Virus record (IMG/VR): IMGVR_UViG_2617270876_000003
Span: 130,209-194,208 of that record
Strand: one strand, 5' to 3'
Source of the DNA: a virus
Lineage: Duplodnaviria > Caudoviricetes
Length of the DNA stretch: 64,000 bases
Below are positions 60,266 through 64,000 of this stretch, piece by piece. The position numbers were made by a program, and so were the translations under genes. Position 1 is the stretch's first letter. Each line of letters starts with the position of its first letter. The notes under the pieces are model-generated. The model had not been told where the DNA came from and ran no database searches. It saw nothing but the letters and a program-made list of their open reading frames with translations.

Positions 60266-62086
60266 GTGGATGAGTTAGATGAAATAAGTAGTATTATTAC
60301 GGTAAAAAACAGGCTATCTAATCAAATGCAAGGTAGCTTTACTCTTTATCGTCAAGAGGATAACGATTTAGATAGTAGTATTGTAATAAAGCAAAGTAAT
60401 GGTGATGATTTACGATCCACCATTACTGTTAAAGTAAGTAAAGATAATGATATAAACTCAGTTATCGATGTTGTGTACACCAAAAACAGTGATATTGACG
60501 GTGAAATTGAAGCTGTTGCCGTACAGTACTTGGAATCATACATAGAAGTTAGACCGCATAATCAAATGTTTGGCAAGTTTGAGTTGATGAGCGCACCAAA
60601 GGTTACAAAAGTCCTCTCTCCCATTGCAGATGCAACAACTAGAAGCAGAGAAGATTTACATACAATAAACTATGGCGATACACGTAGTATGTTGACTGGT
60701 CAAAGCATTGATGAGGAATTTGGAGCGTTTGTACAATTTGCAGACTTCACAGAATCGATTCCTGATCTAAAGTTTATTGAGAGTGCAAAGCTAAGGTTGT
60801 ACTATACTAATGTTACAAGTGGGGCTAACATTGAGCTACACCAACCAAATACGATTTGGCGTGAAATGGGTGTAACTGATGCAAACAAGCCATTTTCAAC
60901 AGAGCTTCTTAGCGACACTTTTACAATTAACACTATCCAAAGATATGTTGAGTTTGATGTTAAAGACATAGCCAAGAGATGGCAAGATGGTACTCTAAAT
61001 AACTATGGTTTTATTATTTTAACACCTGATGATACTCGATATACATTCTTTACACGCGAATCAGATTACCATCCTCAGCTAATTGTAGAATACATAACCT
61101 CTCAAATATATAGCATTGGTCGAAGCGAGTTAGAATCCAGCATATTTGTATATGGTAAAGGTAGCAGTGATATATCTGCAAAATTAACCGTAGATAGTGA
61201 TGTGGGAATAAATAACTTAGAGTCTTATTTATATGTGCATAAACAACAAGACTTTATGTATGGCGATATGATTGCCAATATTCAAATTTCTAAACCAGAC
61301 TTGTTTTCGACAATGACCATCCAAAGAAGAGAATTTAGTGATTTAGATTCAAGTATCACAGTGGGCGTTCGAAGTATAACAGAAGTTAATTCAGCAATTG
61401 GTATCAGTAATCCATATATGGACTCATGGTTAACCGTTGATCCAAATATGTCTATGCCAAGTATTATTACAGTTGCCAAGCCAACCAGTGAATTTTTGGA
61501 AGGTAATATAACGGTTAATTGCCCAGATTTTGGCGTCATTCTCTCTGTTTCAGACTATACTAAAGTTCAAAGCAACATTGATGGAAAACTAACCGTAAGA
61601 ACTTCTGAAGTAGAGGAAACTATTGATTCGTTTATCACCACGTCTCAACCAGACATGAATGCATACTTGGTAATCAGGGCAATTGGTGATAGCGGTGTAG
61701 ATAGTCAAATCGAAGTTCCTTACTATGATAATATTGATTCTAAGATTGGCTATTCAAGACCTCAAATTGATGCAACCTTAACTGTTAAATATACTACGGA
61801 AGCCGAAGGTTATATTTATGTAAAAGACAAAGAATATTTAGATTCTATAATCGATGTTAAGAACATTAGTGAGATGTCTGGTATCTTGATGGTTAAAGCC
61901 GTTAATCAGATTGATGGCGAATTGACCGTTAATAACCCTGAATTATTTGGGCATTTATCTCCAAGAGTTTCAGGAGATAATGAATTAACAGCAGAGATTC
62001 TAATTAAGAAACGTAATGTTGGTGACTTAAACAGTTACATTAGCGTTAGAGGACAAGGAAACAGAAATTTTGTAATTATATTTTAA
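60266..62086 (+). CDS. Tail fibre-like protein with DNRLRE (CBM96-like) domain and short beta repeats
   Basis: ADA...NYG...F......I.SAKLRLY...W.E..FDV..I...W.DG..NNYGF...E...P.L.VEY, flanked by 12-13 aa (D/E)(L/I)xSx(I/L)xV repeats. Confidence 0.7.
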   Translation: MDELDEISSIITVKNRLSNQMQGSFTLYRQEDNDLDSSIVIKQSNGDDLRSTITVKVSKDNDINSVIDVVYTKNSDIDGEIEAVAVQYLESYIEVRPHNQMFGKFELMSAPKVTKVLSPIADATTRSREDLHTINYGDTRSMLTGQSIDEEFGAFVQFADFTESIPDLKFIESAKLRLYYTNVTSGANIELHQPNTIWREMGVTDANKPFSTELLSDTFTINTIQRYVEFDVKDIAKRWQDGTLNNYGFIILTPDDTRYTFFTRESDYHPQLIVEYITSQIYSIGRSELESSIFVYGKGSSDISAKLTVDSDVGINNLESYLYVHKQQDFMYGDMIANIQISKPDLFSTMTIQRREFSDLDSSITVGVRSITEVNSAIGISNPYMDSWLTVDPNMSMPSIITVAKPTSEFLEGNITVNCPDFGVILSVSDYTKVQSNIDGKLTVRTSEVEETIDSFITTSQPDMNAYLVIRAIGDSGVDSQIEVPYYDNIDSKIGYSRPQIDATLTVKYTTEAEGYIYVKDKEYLDSIIDVKNISEMSGILMVKAVNQIDGELTVNNPELFGHLSPRVSGDNELTAEILIKKRNVGDLNSYISVRGQGNRNFVIIF

Positions 62087-62102
62087 TATCAAACTTATCA
62101 TG

Positions 62103-62137
62103 AAAGAGGGGTTTTATTGACTCCTCTTTTTTATTTT
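62103..62137 (+). terminator. Intrinsic terminator
   Basis: AAAGAGGGGT...ACTCCTCTTT followed by a T-tract. Confidence 0.7.
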
Positions 62138-62154
62138 GACTTGGGGGAAATAAA

Positions 62155-62712
62155 TTGTATTGGAGACAAGTAGCAGTAGATACATATCAACATTTAAGAT
62201 ATTACTTTACGGATGTGGGATCAACTATTTGGGGATCAATTGTTGGTCTCTTTTTATTTATGATTGGAGAACCGAACTTAGCGTTTTATGCAATATTTAC
62301 CCTATTTATTTTAGATATTGTTACTAGGGTGTTTGCTAATGCGCGTAAATATGGAGGATATATTAATGCCACAAAAACGGGGAAAATTCGTTCTAGACTG
62401 GCTGTGCAAGGCATGGTCTCAAAACTTTTTACTTATTTTGTGGTGTTAAGTATCGCAAGAATGATTACATATGTTATTCCAATTTCACTATTAAGCGAAG
62501 GATTGTCGTCAATGATCCTATCTGTGCTTTTAGTGGTTGAGATACAATCACTATTTGAAAATTTGCTTGATGCGAAACCAGATAAAAACACTAGGATGTT
62601 ACTCAATATACTCTTGTTGAAATTCAGGAAAGAAATAAATAAAGTTTCCGATGTTACAGATGAAGAAATTGCATCAATGGATAGAAATAATGACCAAACT
62701 AAAACAATTTAA
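62155..62712 (+). CDS. Holin (Phage_holin_4_1-like)
   Basis: Several TM segments, LDIVT, I.S.....G...KL, E..S..EN motif. Precedes the endolysin. Confidence 0.8.
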   Translation: MYWRQVAVDTYQHLRYYFTDVGSTIWGSIVGLFLFMIGEPNLAFYAIFTLFILDIVTRVFANARKYGGYINATKTGKIRSRLAVQGMVSKLFTYFVVLSIARMITYVIPISLLSEGLSSMILSVLLVVEIQSLFENLLDAKPDKNTRMLLNILLLKFRKEINKVSDVTDEEIASMDRNNDQTKTI

Positions 62713-62808
62713 AAGACGATAAAATTTATCAGCCCTACCACCTAGAGCATTAATAAATAATATCGTCTCTACTAAAATTATATCACAAGATTTGAAAGGA
62801 GCAACCAC

Positions 62809-63516
62809 ATGTTAACACTTGAACAAGTTATTTCAAAAAATGAATCCATGTTCAAAAATCTGAATCCAGCAATTGAATTTGCTGCCCGTAAACTTATCGA
62901 AAAGTCCTTTAACCGAGGAGTGCTTATTAAAATTGTCCAAGGTTATAGAACAAAACAAGAACAAGATGATTTGTACGCACAAGGAAGAACTAAACAGGGA
63001 ACAATTGTAACCAAAGTTAAGGGTGGTATGAGTTACCACAACTACGGAATTGCTATTGATTTTGCAATTCTGATTAATGATGGTAAAGATGTTTCGTGGA
63101 ATTGTGAAGCCGATTTTGATAATGATAAGATGGCTGACTGGATGGAAGTCGTAGAAGAGGCTAAGAAGTTAGGATTTCTTTGGGGTGGTGATTGGAGAAA
63201 CTTTAAAGATCGTCCTCATTTTGAAATGCCATTTGGATTAGATGAGAAAGATTATTTTAATGGTAAGAGACCATCCGATAAGCAAATTCAAGCACAAATT
63301 GAATACATAAAGAGTTTGGATATTGGCGAGGTAAAGAAAGATGAGAAAAAGGATAATGATGAAGTGCAAACTGTAAAAATTATTCGTACCAAAGATAACA
63401 CTGTACTTGAAGGATTCTTAAAAGATGGCAAGGGTTATTTTCCTGTTGACCTTTTAATCGAAAATGGAATTAAAGTATCTTGGGATAATGCAAACAAGAA
63501 ATATTATATTAGCTAA
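62809..63516 (+). CDS. Endolysin, M15 L-Ala-D-Glu peptidase (CwlK/Ply500-like)
   Basis: GYRT..EQD.LYAQGRT, S.HNYG.AID, WGGDW..FKD.PHFE. Confidence 0.92.
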   Translation: MLTLEQVISKNESMFKNLNPAIEFAARKLIEKSFNRGVLIKIVQGYRTKQEQDDLYAQGRTKQGTIVTKVKGGMSYHNYGIAIDFAILINDGKDVSWNCEADFDNDKMADWMEVVEEAKKLGFLWGGDWRNFKDRPHFEMPFGLDEKDYFNGKRPSDKQIQAQIEYIKSLDIGEVKKDEKKDNDEVQTVKIIRTKDNTVLEGFLKDGKGYFPVDLLIENGIKVSWDNANKKYYIS

Positions 63517-63565
63517 CCCACTCAAAAGTAAATATATTTAATAATACATAGGAGGATTTATAAAA

Positions 63566-64000
63566 ATGGAAAATTTCTATATCGCTATCGGGCTTGCCCT
63601 TCTCGTGTTTGTAGTTGGTTTTATTGCTCTTCCCTTCGCTAAGTCTAAAGGATGGATTAACAAAAATATTGCAATTGATATTGCTGAAAAGGTTGATACT
63701 GGTATCGATATTGTTAATGCAGTTGTCAAAGCAATTGAAGTCGAAAGTGTAAATGTCAAAGCTGTAAACTCTGTGCTAGACATTGCTGATATTGCAACAG
63801 ACTATGTTGTGGATTTGATTGATACGGATAATAAAGAAGATAAAGTTAATTTGTCTCTCGATGTGGTTGATAAGGTATTTAAAGAAATTGGCCTCTCCCC
63901 TACTGAATCACAGAAAAACCTGATCGATATTGTTATCCGTCAAGGCGTAGATTTCTTAGAAGAAAAGAAAAAGACGGTTGCCGCTACTCCAACAATGTAA
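63566..64000 (+). CDS. Putative second holin (LL-H-like, single N-terminal TM)
   Basis: N-terminal TM followed by an amphipathic helical body. AGGAGG RBS, TAA at the window end. Confidence 0.55.
   Translation: MENFYIAIGLALLVFVVGFIALPFAKSKGWINKNIAIDIAEKVDTGIDIVNAVVKAIEVESVNVKAVNSVLDIADIATDYVVDLIDTDNKEDKVNLSLDVVDKVFKEIGLSPTESQKNLIDIVIRQGVDFLEEKKKTVAATPTM

Noticed and set aside
6874-63783. Many short antisense or out-of-frame ORFs inside long genes (for example 39599..39988, 40721..41176, 55882..56313, 57747..58166)
   Set aside because: Shadow ORFs of well-supported plus-strand genes, with no RBS or recognisable motifs.

Overview
AT-rich segment of a large SPbeta-like temperate phage (possibly a phage-plasmid) of a spore-forming Bacillota host; Paenibacillus-like is my inference only. 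Left end (minus strand): tyrosine recombinase, RecD2-like helicase and a small duplicated winged-helix Rep-like gene, followed by four tandem 22-bp iteron-like repeats and, at the window start, a strand-skewed non-coding region with a DnaA box. From about 5.5 kb on the plus strand: YonO-like single-subunit RNA polymerase and a Zn-ribbon partner, HU, PhoH, YonK/YonJ-like genes, terminase, portal, head genes and tail tube. Next come three glycosyltransferases placed directly after the tail tube, a second (YomM-like) tyrosine recombinase, a tape measure protein with a lytic transglycosylase domain and a large Tal/spike protein. A 4.8-kb accessory island follows (secreted ankyrin protein, HTH/BRO module, Panacea/PemK-like toxin-antitoxin pair behind a LexA box), then a PAAR-like gene, an apparently split Dit, five discoidin/C-lectin adhesin genes, holin, M15 endolysin and a second holin. 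The most notable unexplained signals are a dispersed bipartite palindrome with fixed 17-bp spacing at cassette boundaries, the glycosyltransferases inside the tail operon, the iteron replicon, and a PAAR-like tip on a tail with no visible sheath. All family assignments come from motif recognition by eye and synteny; no searches were run.
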